Assembly (NCBI GenBank): GCA_951406725.2
Contig: OX597834.1
Location: 31,558,001 to 31,622,000, forward strand
Direction: 5' to 3'
DNA: 64,000 bases
Source of the DNA: Octopus vulgaris
Taxonomy: Eukaryota
Shown: one piece after another, positions 40,241-53,778 of the stretch
Layout of the letters: each line of letters opens with the position of its first letter
How positions within the stretch are numbered: position 1 is the stretch's first letter
Notes under the pieces: generated by a model
What the model saw: the letters and a program-made list of their open reading frames with translations, nothing else
Database searches by the model: none
What the model was told of the DNA's origin: nothing
Program-made: the position numbers and the translations under genes

Positions 40241-40440
40241 AAGGTGACACTATAGAAAACCTGCATTCTGGTAACCACTGGGTTCGTGGTAGTTATTGCA
40301 CCTGACCAGTATAAGTTTGAAGGATAAAAGAGAGGACTAGCTCTGCAGAAATCATCCCCCCTGTTATAATATTCATCCTGAAATTTGTTCAGCAAACCAT
40401 GACATCAATACCAACATCATTACACTTTCTTCATAAGCCC

Positions 40441-40777
40441 TCTCTCTCTATCCGCTCAGTCGAAGTCGACTCTCGGTTACTCGTTGGATCAGTGTCCTCC
40501 AGTCAGTTCTATCCTGAGCCACTTCTTTCAGATTGGCTATGTCCATTCCGGTATCACTCCTGATGGTGTCAAGCCAGCGGGTTCTTGGTCGGTCCCTTCC
40601 TCTCTTGCCACTGACCATTCCGAGCATGATGTCCTTCTCCAGGGATTTTCTCTGCATAATATCACCGAAATATGCCAATCTATGCTTGGTGATCCTAGCT
40701 TCTAGCGACATTTTCGGCCTTATCTGCTTAAGAACTTCTCCATTGGTGAGCCTGGCTGTCCATGGAATCCGTAAAAA
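40441..40777 (-). mobile_element. 5'-truncated RTE (BovB-like) LINE 3' end
   Basis: RIPWTARLTNGEVLKQI...LAYFGDIMQRKSLEKDIMLGMVSGKRGRDRPRTRWLD...DRTDWR; (AG)n tail; probable 10-bp TSD TCATAAGCCC (40431-40440) / TCATAAACCC (40778-40787). Confidence 0.9.
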
Positions 40778-41484
40778 TCATAAACCCAGTGAGTGATAAA
40801 GAAAGAGGTAATGTGGACTGTTAGAGGATACTACACAGGCTGCTCCTGGGTAAGCGTTCTTCTCCACAATCCAGTGGAAAGCAACACAGATACACTCTGT
40901 GTAGTTGTGTCTTGCTGAAGACTGTTTCATCGAAGTGATGAGAGAGTACATCACTTTAAGCAATGCTTCTCTGGATAGTTGATAATGGTCCTTAGCCACT
41001 TTTGAATTCTCAACAAGGGTCTGAAACTAGACCAGAATTAGTTCAGCTGATCCCATATATTTTTTCTTTATATGTAAAAAAAAAATATATATATATAGAA
41101 TCTGACTCTACATGTTGCTTAAAAATCTATAAATACATTCTGTAGCACTGTACACAGCACATAAATACATATATATATGTACACACACACACACACACGC
41201 GCGTGCATACATTTATACGTACATATATATTCTGTGTGTATGTATATATATATGTAAATGTATGTGTGTATATATATATATATGTATCCACACATGCACA
41301 CACACACATACATATATTTAAAAATATATATATGCCATACTATACTATGCGTACACACAAAATACACACTGATTAGATTTATACATACACATCTATATAT
41401 ATAAATATATATATGCACACATATACATCATACACACACACACATATATATATATATGCAGACATAGATTATCAATATGCATAC

Positions 41485-41562
<78 letters not shown>

Positions 41563-41795
41563 AGAGAGAAAAAGCAATGAATGCATTTTCTGAACCAGAC
41601 TATAAAATCAATTCTGTTTATTTACTTATTTTGAAATTGCCTTCTTTTCCTATTGTTTAATATTTTTTTTTTCTAGCTTCACAATCAATATTGCTTACAC
41701 ATACATACATGTGCAGCACACACACACACACACACAAACACACATGCGCACGCATGCACATGCACACACACTCACATACACACACATTTACACAT

Positions 41796-41830
<35 letters not shown>

Positions 41831-41899
41831 TGTATATATGAATATATACATGAATGTGTATGTATGTGTTGTGTATGTGTGTGTGAGCGTGTCTGTGTA

Positions 41900-41958
<59 letters not shown>

Positions 41959-42035
41959 GTGTGTATATACACAGATACACACAGACATACAAGCTTACAT
42001 ATAATAGTATATTTATGTGTATGTATGTGTGTATG

Positions 42036-42110
<75 letters not shown>

Positions 42111-43674
42111 TTTATGAGAGTGCGTACCTCACTGTGTGTATATATATATGTGCCTGTATCTGCGCACACAAATCTGTGTACATGTGTGTATGTCTTTCTC
42201 AGTATAAGCATACATGTGAGTCAGTATATATAAGCATATGTATGTGTGTGTGTGTGTGTGTCTGCATATGAGTGTGTATGTATATGTGTGTGTGTATGTA
42301 TGGCCATTGTTGTTTCACCCTAACAACCTGTGAGAGTGAGTACAGCTATTTTAATAAATCGTATTCATATATCTTCTTTCGAGTCTTCAGTTGTTGTTCT
42401 TATTGCTATTGTTGTTGTTGGTGGTGGTGTTGCTGCTGCTGCTGCTGCTGTTGTTGTTGTTGTTACCGATGTTGCTGAGATCGTTGTTGTTTGATGATAT
42501 CATCATGGTCGTGGTTTTACTCGTTGTTACCGTTGCAGTTGTCGACGTTGTTGTTGTTATTGTTGTAGTTGTTGCTGTCATCATTGCAGTTTTGTTATTG
42601 TTGTAGTTGTTGTGAATTACCCATTCAATCACTCTATACTGTTACAACACGCTTGCAACGGATCTGTGATCCACGATCCTGAAGATCGCGGATCACAGAT
42701 CAGAAGTAACAAAAGAGCAAAAAAAAAAAAAAAAAAGAAAACAAGAGACTTATTTTTCCCAGACAGTTGGAAGCTAAAAGTAGTGATGTCTTCCTTCCAT
42801 AGCTGTGTGGTTAGGTAGCTTTCTTTGCAACCATCTGTCTGTAGGTTCAGTTCCAATGCATGGTACCTTGGGCAATTGGCTTCTACTATTGTCTCAGATC
42901 AACCAATGTCTTGTGAATGAATCTGTCAGATGGAAATTCATTTGTCATCATCTGTCTTCCATGCTGGCTAGGGTTGGACGGTTTGACAGGAGCTGGCAAG
43001 CCAGAAAGCTGCCGTCAAACTGTCCAACCCATGCCAGCATAGGAAAGAGACATTAAATGATGATGACGACGATGATGATGATGATGATGATGAATGAATT
43101 TCCACTATTGAGAATATACATATGTGCCTTTGTGCGTGTGTGTGTGTGTGTGGAAGTTGGTGTCTCTGTCTTGACATCGCAGGATAGTTGTAAATGAGTG
43201 TCACTGTCATACAAGCAACGTATAATTTATAATCTTCCATGAAAAATATGCTTGACCCTGAGGTTTGGAAACAGGGAAGCATTGGCAACAGGAAGGGCAT
43301 CCAGATGTAGAAAATCTGTCTCAACAATTGAGCATGGAAAAGTGAACATTAAGATGATGAAGATGATGATTATGGTAACATCTGCCACCCTCTTTTCCCC
43401 TCTCTGACACTCTTACCAACTCATCTACCCTTTCCTCTATCCCTTATTCTCTCTCTCATATTCACCTTGTACCTGGAGGGTACATATAACGAATCCTACA
43501 ATCTAATCAGTACAATCACATACATACACACACACACACACACACATACGCATCTACAAATATATGTATATATATATATACATATATAAATAAACATCTA
43601 TATACATACATACAAACATACATACATATATATATAGATAGATAGATATAGATATAGATATACACACACACACA

Positions 43675-44050
43675 TATGGTTGTAGATTCAGTCCCACAGC
43701 CCAAACCCTCAAGCAAATGTCTTCTATTATAACCCTTACCCAACCAACGCCTATGAGAGTTTGGTTGAGGGAAACTGTGGAAGCCCATCATGAACATATA
43801 TACATATATATGTGTGTGTGTGTGTGTGTGAGACTGTGTCTATGTTTGTACTCCTCACCACTTGACTGCTGGTGTTGGTTTATTTACATCCCCATAACTC
43901 AAGTAGTCCGGCAAAAGAGACTGATAGAACATGTATCAGACTTTAAAACAAAAGACATAATTACTGGTATTGATTTGCTCGACCAAAACCCTTCAAGGCA
44001 GTGCCCCAGCATGGCCACAATCCAATTACTGAAACAAGTAAAAGGAAAAT
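43675..44050 (+). mobile_element. SINE family A, old diverged copy
   Basis: GATTCAGTCCCAC...GCAAAAGAGACTGATAGAA...CCCAGCATGGCCAC...TGAAACAAGTAAAAG. Confidence 0.75.
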
Positions 44051-44507
44051 GACAGATAGAAGCACTGGTTTACAAGATGATGTTATAGAGTTCTGAACAT
44101 AGTGGACGCTTTTGGGCTTTTGGGGAAACCAGTTGAGGGCAAGACTTGGTGCAGCAACAGCCAGTGCCCCTCACATGTCTATGTGGTGGCATTTTGTTCT
44201 GAGCTATTTACATTTGTTGTTGAGAATTTAGTCTGTAAGGGCAGGCAGTGTTTAGGTCTTGGTTGTAAAGGTCAATTGGGAGTCAAGGGTGTGTTGAAGG
44301 GAGACATTGTTAGAAGTGGTGTAGGGAGCAGCGTAAGCGAAATGAAACTGGGTTTTCCTGAATGACCTAGATACAGAAAATTAGGGGGCCCCAGGGTGAT
44401 GGGATGATGTCACAATATAAGGAGTAGTTCCAGGGAGATGTCTGTGATTCTGTGTGAATCTGTTCAACTCTTGCTGGTGTGTAGGATAATAATATGTCAG
44501 ATGAATA

Positions 44508-44545
<38 letters not shown>

Positions 44546-44703
44546 CAAGGTTTGCCATGACAATCATGATGATGATGATGATGAGAATGAGGATGTTGAT
44601 GATGATGATGATGATTAGTGATGGATGACATAATTATGATGATAATCATGATGAATGTAATGATAAAAACAGCTCTGCTGCTACTGCTGCGGCTGTTGCT
44701 GCT

Positions 44704-44734
<31 letters not shown>

Positions 44735-44888
44735 ATGATAATGATAATGAGGAGGAGGAGGAAGATGATGGTGCTGTGAGTGATGATGCTTAAGAACAGC
44801 AATAGCGATTATGATGATGATATAGCTGCTGCTGCTGCTGCTGCTGCTATTGCTGGTGATGACTATGATGATAGCAATGATGACTATA

Positions 44889-44925
<37 letters not shown>

Positions 44926-45153
44926 CAGTGACGATGATGATGATGATGATTACAGTAACTATTTCATCTTTTTTGCTTTATGAGAGACTGCCTACTTTAT
45001 ATTCCTCTAAAGGAATTGTTCCACCAAAGCCAGTCTGTGGAATCTTCTGGATTTGGGATGGCAGTGTGTGTGTGTGTGTATGTGTGTGTGTGCACGTGCG
45101 TGTGCGTGTGTGTGTGCAAGTCTTTGATGTGTTTTTTATTTTTAGTTGATGTG

Positions 45154-45197
<44 letters not shown>

Positions 45198-45203
45198 TTA
45201 TTA

Positions 45204-45249
<46 letters not shown>

Positions 45250-45850
45250 CACTTTTTACTTTTTTTTTTTTTTTTTTGAACATCTTTCGACTTCAGGATG
45301 TATATGTGTGTTGTATGGTGTATGTATGTGATTTTATATTGTGTGGGTGCATGTTTGTGTGTGTTGTGTGTGTGTATGTATGTGTGTGTGTGTGTATGTG
45401 CATGTGTGTGTATTTATATTCTGTGTGTGTGTGTGTGTTGGTATTCTCTGTGTGGACTTGATGAATGTGTGTATTCCTTCTGTGTATGTATGCTTGTGTG
45501 TAAAATCTATGTTTACTTTTTTGCATACATATATGTGTGTGTATGTGTGTGTTTGATCTTTGCTGTATGTGTGTGAGTATGTACATTATTTGATGTTTGC
45601 ATAGGTCAGACAGAATTGGCTGAGGGTAATATTTCCCCATGGTCAAACAAGTTTTCTCTTGGAAGGCTGGAAATGAAAAACCATCGCATGATAACAAGAC
45701 AAGGCTAAACACACACATGTACATGTTCCTTTCTCAATTATTTAATCTCTTATGTATATGTATACACACACTCACACACACACACACACACACACATAAA
45801 TATAATTCGCTGGTGTAAAGGTAACACACTTAGTCATGTTAACAAAGAGA

Positions 45851-46200
45851 TGTTAGTTAGTTAGTTAGTTAGTTAATTTTGGGGCTCAAAAAGCAAAAAG
45901 CAAGGCCATGTAGGGGGACATGGATTTATGTACAGGGTGGTGTTCATGTAAAGAGTTCAGGCCACTTGTGGTCAAGGGAGACTTTGAACCGAGCGGTCGT
46001 CAGCATCTTCACCATCTCGTCTGGCAGCTTATTCCACAGATCCGCAACCCGGACGGAGAAAGCCCCTCTCCTTCGATTGAGATGAAATCGTCGCAGATAG
46101 AGCTTTTCGGAATGACCCCGCAGCCGACGCTCTGGAGCAGGAGTGAAGAACAGCTCTTTCGAGAGGTTACACTTTCCGCTTATGATGTTGAGTCCCACAC
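45851..46200 (-). mobile_element. 5'-truncated CR1 LINE 3' end with (CTAA)n tail
   Basis: ELFFTPAPERRLRGHSEKLYLRRFHLNRRRGAFSVRVADLWNKLPDEMV...FKVSLD, the classic CR1 ORF2 C-terminus; stop at 45944-45946; (TTAG)n on the plus strand. Confidence 0.9.
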
Positions 46201-46374
46201 GGATAGGAAAGCCTTCTTTTTTCTGTCGAGGATTTATATGCCCCTTAATTAGACTATTTTCCTTAATCATTGCATGGTGATCGCCATAAGCCTTAAGCTT
46301 ATATAAAAATACCATTATTACTATTTACAGGACTGTAAAATACGGCACCATATAACAAAACCATTCACACCAAA

Positions 46375-46777
46375 TGCATAATGGAAATTGTAGCTGTGAT
46401 ACCTGTGCCGATGGCACGTAAGAGAACCATCCGAATGTGGCCGTTGCCAGCGCCGCCCCGACTGGCCTCTGTGCCGGTGGCACGTAAAATGCACCATCCG
46501 ATTGTGGCCATTGCCAGCCTCGTCTGGTGGCATGTAAAAAGCACCATCCAATCGTGGCTGTTTGCCAGCCTCGTCTGGCACCTGTGCAGGTGGCACGTAA
46601 AAAGCACCCACTACACTCACAGAGTGGTTGGCGTTAGGAAGGGCATCCAGCTGTAGAAACACTGCCAGATCAGACTGGGCCTGGCGCAGCCTACTGGCTC
46701 CCCAGACCCCAGTTGAACCGTCCAACCTATGCTAGCATGGAAAACGGACGTTAAACAATGATGATGATGATGATGAT
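46375..46777 (+). mobile_element. Family B repeat with four internal tandem units
   Basis: Four GGTGGCACGTAAAAAGCACC-like units, then body and (GAT)n tail. Confidence 0.9.
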
Positions 46778-46793
46778 AAGCTATATATATATC

Positions 46794-46865
46794 AGCGAAT
46801 TAATAATAACAGACGGTGGATAAATGAGCTGACATTTATCCATTGTTTGTTATTATTAATTTGCT
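46794..46865 (+). repeat. 33-bp inverted repeat with 6-nt loop
   Basis: Arms 46794-46826 and 46833-46865; four differences, all G-U pairs on the plus strand. Confidence 0.9.
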
Positions 46866-47089
46866 TATGATACACCATAGGGATCCACGACGGAGAAAAC
46901 CAAACAACGTATGATCAATACATGTTCTTTGGACCAGCCCCTAGGCACCTAATACTTGTAGGGGTGGTTTTCCCTGTGTGCACAACCTGAATATCCTACT
47001 GGATATTTAGTCGACCATAGGTGTTGACCACAAGTTTATCCAACACTACGTAGTGCATATTCCTTGAAATACATGATTCTAACCAGAAT

Positions 47090-47150
<61 letters not shown>

Positions 47151-47151
47151 A

Positions 47152-47195
<44 letters not shown>

Positions 47196-47232
47196 GCGTG
47201 TGTGGTTGTGTGTGTATATATATATATATATA

Positions 47233-47347
47233 TATAAGTATATGAAAGAATGGAGTTGAACGACTAGTTAACAAATATCCTTTATTCTCGACATATAAAG
47301 GATATTTGTTAACTAGTCGTTCAACTCCATTCTTTCATATACTTATA
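47233..47347. repeat. Perfect 53-bp inverted repeat with 9-nt loop
   Basis: Arms 47233-47285 and 47295-47347 are exact reverse complements. Confidence 0.95.
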
Positions 47348-47501
47348 ATTTTAAAATAAACATACAAATTTCCGCACGAAGACACGTAGTCTATGCCCTA
47401 GGGACGTAGCTTCAACCGTGTTCTTTCGGATGTGAATTTGGTACCCAGGTATCGGTTATCTTTCGAATTATCCTTAATAAGATAATTCATTCAATTACTC
47501 A

Positions 47502-47544
<43 letters not shown>

Positions 47545-47547
<3 letters not shown>

Positions 47548-47715
47548 TTTTATTCTTTTGCATGTTTCAGTTATTTGATTGCAATTTTAGTCAAAGAAAT
47601 CGACGCCAGGAATTATTCTTTGTAAGCCTAGTACTTTTTCTATCAAATTCTTTTGCTGAACTGCTAAGTTACAGGGACATAAACACACCCACATCGGTTG
47701 TCAAGCGAAGGTGGG

Positions 47716-47791
<76 letters not shown>

Positions 47792-47915
47792 CAATGGGCT
47801 TCTTTTAGTTTTCATCTACCAAATCTACTCACAAGGCTTTGCCCAAGATGCTACACAGTAGGACTGAACCTGGAATCATGTGGTTGGGAAGCAAGCTTCT
47901 TACCACACAGCCATG
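47545..47915 (-). mobile_element. SINE family A with internal deletion
   Basis: Reverse complement of family A tail, internal (CA)n/(TA)n tract and head. Confidence 0.8.
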
Positions 47916-47938
47916 CTTGGCCCTTCACACAGACATAC

Positions 47939-47970
<32 letters not shown>

Positions 47971-48289
47971 TCATACACACACTCTCACACACACAAACGC
48001 TTACATACATACGCATTAACATCAACAACAACAAACATAACACAGTAAAGGTCTGTATTTCATAGGAGACAAAGTAGTACTGAGTTATATAAGAGGCTAG
48101 AGGTCAGAGGTCAAGTGATAAATAAATAAACAAAAAAGCTTCAGATAATCTTAAGTGTGTGGATGGTGACATGCAGAGAAGTGAGATAAAGTGGTGTGTG
48201 AGTGGTGGGGGAAGGAGCAGTGGGTCATCATGGTCAGAAGAAGAAGAGGATTGGACAGTGTGGTGGTGGTGGTGGTGGTGGTGGTTTTG

Positions 48290-48334
<45 letters not shown>

Positions 48335-49379
48335 ATGGTTGCCATTTGAAATGTACATTGTACTAGTAGTGGAAAAATGTGGTGTTGTGGTGGTGGTGAG
48401 GGTGGTGAATGAGAAGGTGAAGGTGGTGGTGGTGGTGGTGGTGGTAGTGGTGGTAATGGTGCCAATGGTGATGATCGTGGCACCAATGTTAATGGTGGTG
48501 ATTGGACAGAGGTCTTAGAACAGAAAAGAAAATGGCTGACACCTCCTGAAGATAAATACTTCAAATAAAGAAATAAAAAGATATATTACATCACCAGCAG
48601 CCAGCGCCATCACCCCCTCCACTACCACCACCACCTTGACCACCACTGATCCCCACCATATCACCACCTGCTGCCCCTCAACCACACAGTCAACCTTCCA
48701 TCACCTACATCATCACCATCACCGCCGTCAGCATCATAAACAGAGCTACCAGCTTCCAAGAACTGCCACCACCACCACCACCAGTACCTCCTCCACTACC
48801 AACACCATCACCACAGCTATCACCACCAACACCACCTTTACAATCCAGACCAGCACCACCATCACCACCATCACCACCAATACCAGCACCCATCACAAAA
48901 AGCTAACCTCTGTAGCTAACCCCCCCCCCCCATTCACCTCACCACCCCCACCACCCCGTTCACCCACCCCCACATCCTCACACCCACCACACAAAGAAAA
49001 ACAGAATGCTGTGAAATGGCGGCGGTGGTGGTGGTGGTGGTGACGGGGTGGGGGAGAACTGTAGAGCCGACAAGGACACCAACAACAACAACAGCAGCAA
49101 CAACAAAAATAAAAGAAAAAAAACAAAAAGAAAAGAAGAGAAAAAAAGTAAAACGAAAAAAAAACAAAAAAAACAACAAAACAAAAAAACAAAAACAAAA
49201 CCCTGAGTGAACACTTTGAAGTGCATCCTACATTAAAATACAACGCTGACTTGAGATGGCGTAAATGTAGGGAAATTGTCAATGCAGAGACTTGTTGCAG
49301 AGGCAGATGCAACTGCTGGAATTCTGTCTCAACACCCCCACCATCCACCACCACCACCACCTTTGCCAGATACTTTTTT

Positions 49380-50635
49380 TTTTTTTGTTCCTCACTCTCA
49401 TTTTCTTTCTCTTATTTTCCCTTCATCTCTTCTTTCTTCTCTTTCTATTTTTCCCTTGTCTTTTCCCTCCCTTGTGCCATGTCTCTCTCTCTCTCTCTCT
49501 CTTCCTTGGTTCCTCTCTCGTTATCTCTTTCCATTTCTCATCTCTCTCTTGACGTCTCTCTCCCATTTGTTTTCTAGCACCCTTTTCTTCTCTCTCTCAC
49601 TCTCTCTCTCTCTCTCTCTCTCCCTCTTTTCTGTATCATCTTTCTTCTCTTACCTTTTCTCCCTCTTGTCTTCTCACTCTCTCTTATTTTCCGTTTGTCT
49701 CTTCCTTCTTCTCTTTCACTCTTTCCCTTTTCTTTACCCTCTCCTGTACCATGTCTCTCTCTCCCTTTCTCTCTCTCTCATTATTTTTTTTTATTTCCCA
49801 TCTGTCCAATGACCTCTCTCTCATCCATTTCTCTCTCTCCCATGCTTCCTTGCACCCTTTTTCTTCTCTCTCTCTCTCCTGTATCATCTTTCTACCCTTA
49901 TCTTCTCTCCCTCTTGACTTCTCTCTCCCTTTAATATTCTCTCTTTCTCTATCCTTTATCATCTCTCTCTCTCTTCCCACACTCCTGTCTACTCTTCCCT
50001 TCTATTATTCTCTTTCTCCCCTTTTCTTCTTCCTCTTTTCCATCATCTCTCTCTTCCCTTGTCTCACCCTTCTCTTCAATCTCTCTCAACCTGTCTTCTT
50101 CTTCTCTCTTTTTTATCATTCCTCTCTCTTTTGTCTTCTCTCTCTCTCTCTCTCCCCTTTGCCTTTCTCTCCTCTTTGTTTTCTGTTTCACTTGAAATTT
50201 TTCTTCCCTTGTCATCTCTCTCTCCCCTTATCTTCTCTCTCTCTCTCTCTCTCTTGTCATCTCTCTCATCCTCTTCTTCTCTCATTCTCATTCTCTCTCT
50301 ACACTTTGTTTTCTCTCTCTTCTTGTTTTCTTTCCCTTCTCTCTCTCTCTCTCTCTCATCAAATCTCTCCCCTTGTCTTCTCTCTCACCTATGAGTTCTC
50401 TCTCTCTCTTTTGTATCACCTCTCTTTCCATCATCTCCCTCTCTCCCTCACTCTTGCCATATCTCTCTCTCTCTTTCTCTCTCTCTCTCTCCTGTGTCAC
50501 ATCTCTCATCTTTGGCTTCTCTCTTTCTTCATCTCCCATCCTTTATCATCTCTCTCTTCACTTTCTTTTCCCTCCCTCCATTGTCATCTCACTCCATCTT
50601 GCCTTCGCCACTCCCATCTCCTCTCCCCTTTGTCT

Positions 50636-50666
<31 letters not shown>

Positions 50667-50780
50667 TTTCTCTCTCAACCTCTTTCTCTTCCCTTTCTCT
50701 CTGTCTTTTCTCTCTTCTCACCATTTCACTTTTTCCCCCTCTTTCCAACCCTCCCCAACACCGCCATGTTTTTTTCTCTA
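49380..50780. repeat. ~1.4-kb degenerate (CT)n polypyrimidine tract
   Basis: The plus strand is overwhelmingly C/T. Confidence 0.9.
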
Positions 50781-52577
50781 TAATGAGATTTGTGTATGCA
50801 TATAGTGATGTGTGTGTGTGTGTATATATACGTGTGTGTGTTTGTGTGTGTATGGGTATGAACATGTATACGTTTGGGCGTAAGTATGTTTCTGTCTAAG
50901 GCCTGGCATCTCTATGTGTTTATGAGAGACTTGTATATGTGTGTGTAGAGGCATGTGAAAATATGCTTAGCAGCATGTGTGCTCGTATTGACTTGCATGT
51001 GTGTGTGTGTGTGTATGAAAGTCTGTGTGTACATGTAAAGCTTTCATGTGTGTGCATTTCTGTATATGTGTTTAATGCTAATGTATGTGTGAGTGTATGT
51101 GTGTGTGTGTGTGTGTGCATGTAAGCTTTTGTGAGTGTGTGTTTGGATGCATGTGTATCTGTGTATGTGTCTGTATTAGTGCATGTTTGCATGTGTGTAT
51201 GAATGGGTTTGCATGAATGCCTTTGTGTGTATGTGTGTGTGTGTGTGTGAGTGTGTGTGCATGTGTGTGTATGTTTGCATGTGAGTATGTCTGAGTATGT
51301 GTGTTTGTGTGAGTAGTTGTGCGTATGAATGCGTGAGTAGTTGTTTGTGTACTAGTGTTTATGAGTACAGATAAAAGATCTTGTTAGTTCCCCACCACCA
51401 CCACCATCGACATCACCACAACCACCACCACCACCACCATCATAATCACCATCACCATCATCACCACCACCACCACCACTACTGTGACAACATCCCCATC
51501 ACACCTACACACCCCACTCTGCTTTACATCTGCCACCATCATCGACGACGGCCACAACCACTGCCGCCGCCACCATCTTCTAGATCCTTCTGCCCCCCCC
51601 CCCCCACTGCACCCACTCATCCCTCACCTCCTCACCCCACCACCTCGATATAATAAGATATAAATATACAATAAACTTCGGCCTTAACGCTACAAGAACT
51701 TATTGACCAAAATTCTTACAACATTGCATTTATATGAGCTGGCGGTGAGGAAAAAGCAGCAGCAGCAGCAGTAGTAGCAGCAGCAGCAGTTGTAGTAGTA
51801 GTAGTAGTAGTAGTGGTAGTGGTAGTAGTAGTATTAGTTGTCGTTGTTGTAATAGTAGTGGTAATGGCTATTGTTACAATTATAGTAGTTGTAGTGTTAC
51901 TAGTTGTAGTAGTAGTAGTAGTAGTAGTAGCAGTAGCAGCAGCAGCAGCAGTAGTGGTGGTGCAACTTCTTCAAAGACAGCAGTAAGCTGACCTCTAAAT
52001 ACAACTTGTGTCATTATACACATGCAGTCCGGCAGAGCATCATCTTAAGGGAACAACATATTTCCCTCTCTTTCTCTCTCTCTCTCTCTTTATTGTTTTT
52101 TTCTTTTCTCACTTTCCCCCTTTTTCTAGTAAATTATTCCCAGCAGTGGTGGGGATGAGGGAGCAGAGAAGGGGCCAGAACTCCTAAAGTTTGCTGCACG
52201 CTCTCAACTCACCGCCCACCACCATTACCACCACCCTCCACAATGAGTGGTTCTTAACCTGAGTGGAGCAACTCTTTTTTGATAAAAGGGGTGTTGTAAG
52301 GTCATAAGGGCTGGGTGGAAATTGTCACAGGGATGCTATGATGGGTACTGGCTGTTTAGATGTGAATGGTACCTCAGGCCCCCTTTTTTCCCTAGAAATC
52401 AAATATTTAAATGTTCAGCATTAAACTGGGCATCTGGCTAAAATATTTTACCTATTTTCTGTTCAAACTAGCCAGATCCAGCCTCTCACACCTACCCTAC
52501 AATGTCATTCTGAAAATAAACAATCACATGGTTGAAATCTCGAGGCTACAAGATAAAGCATGATTAATTCAAAATAA

Positions 52578-52742
52578 TGTGGAGTGGCTTTGTAGTAAAA
52601 AGCTTGCTTCCCAACCACATGGTTCTGGGTTCAGTCCCACTGCATGGTACCTTGGGCAAGTACCTTCTACTATAGCCTCAGGCCGACCAAAGCATTGTGA
52701 GTGGATCTGGTAGACAGAAACTGAAAGAAGCCTGTTGTATAT

Positions 52743-52792
<50 letters not shown>

Positions 52793-53012
52793 GTATGCGT
52801 ATATGTTTGTGTTCTGTGTTTGTTCCCCCACCAGCACTTGACAACCAATGTTGGTGTGTTTACGTCACCGTAACATAGCACCTCAGCCTAAGAGACTGAC
52901 AGAATAAGTACTAAGTTTACAAAGAATAAGTCCTGGAGTCACTTTGTTTGACTAAAGGTGGTGCTCCAGCATGACCACATTCAAATGACTAAAACAAGTA
53001 AAAGATAAAAGA
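52578..53012 (+). mobile_element. SINE family A, following a truncated MITE type 2 (~52410-52575)
   Basis: GGAGTGGCTTTGTAGTAA...GGGTTCAGTCCCAC...AAACAAGTAAAAGATAAAAGA. Confidence 0.85.
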
Positions 53013-53039
53013 TAATGTTTTACTCTTATTTCCAAATTC

Positions 53040-53700
53040 AAAATTGTCAAAGCATGGAATAAAATGCCCACTTCAGTTGTCAGCTGTCAGGACATTACAT
53101 CCTTCAGAAATTCCATGTTTCCTGAAATTCACCAACTCTACTCATGGAATATCTATTCATCCATTCCTTTTTAATGACTCTTTTACTGTTCACCTTCCCG
53201 TCATTTTCTGTTTTTTTGCCTTTTTTTTCCTCTGTGCAGAGCATACACTTTTGGTTGCCATTGCTGTCTTTCTATACCTCTTTTACCCTTTTTTCTGACA
53301 AGTTACAATGTTTCTGAGTTCTGTATACCCTAAACTCATTATCACATTTTAAATAGTTTTGTAATAACGTTCTGCAGATATTTTACTTTTATTTTCACAT
53401 TCAACATTGCTGAAGCATGGAATAAAATACCTATGACCATTCTGTCAGGGTGCAGTGTCTGGAGACTGCATCCTTCAAAAATTCCATGCTTCCTGAAATT
53501 TTCCAACACTATTCCTGATGTACCAATGCACCGATCCTTCTTTTTAATGTTCACACCTCTGGGGTTTTGTGTTTTACTCTGCATACTGTGGATCTACTTT
53601 TAGCATCCTTTAGCTGTCTTTCTTTACTTGGCCCTTTCTGTCCCCTCTTTTACCATTTTGCAACTATTTGAAGTGCACATAAGCACTGAATACAATTTGC
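53040..53700 (+). mobile_element. Two successive degenerate CR1-type 3' ends
   Basis: AAGCATGGAATAAAAT...CATCCTTCA(G/A)AAATTCCATG(T/C)TTCCTGAAATT at ~53050 and ~53413, homologous to 39985-40070. Confidence 0.65.
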
Positions 53701-53778
53701 GCATTCTCGATCAACCTTTTGGGGTTGATAAAATAAGGTACCTGTTGAGCACTGGTACCTTTTATTATTATTATTATA

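Noticed and set aside
44050-44510. Coding exon in high-complexity sequence
   Set aside because: No coherent splice-bounded frame; probably an old unclassified TE fragment.
45851-45875. Interstitial telomeric repeat
   Set aside because: It is (TTAG)n, not TTAGGG, and is the tail of the adjacent CR1 element.
46404-46615. CRISPR-like palindromic repeats with spacers
   Set aside because: The spacers are homologous to each other, the repeats are degenerate, the array is internal to a dispersed eukaryotic repeat, and there are no cas genes.
49751-50899. 382-aa Ser/Leu ORF, the longest in the window
   Set aside because: Produced by the CT-rich tract, which cannot easily encode stops.
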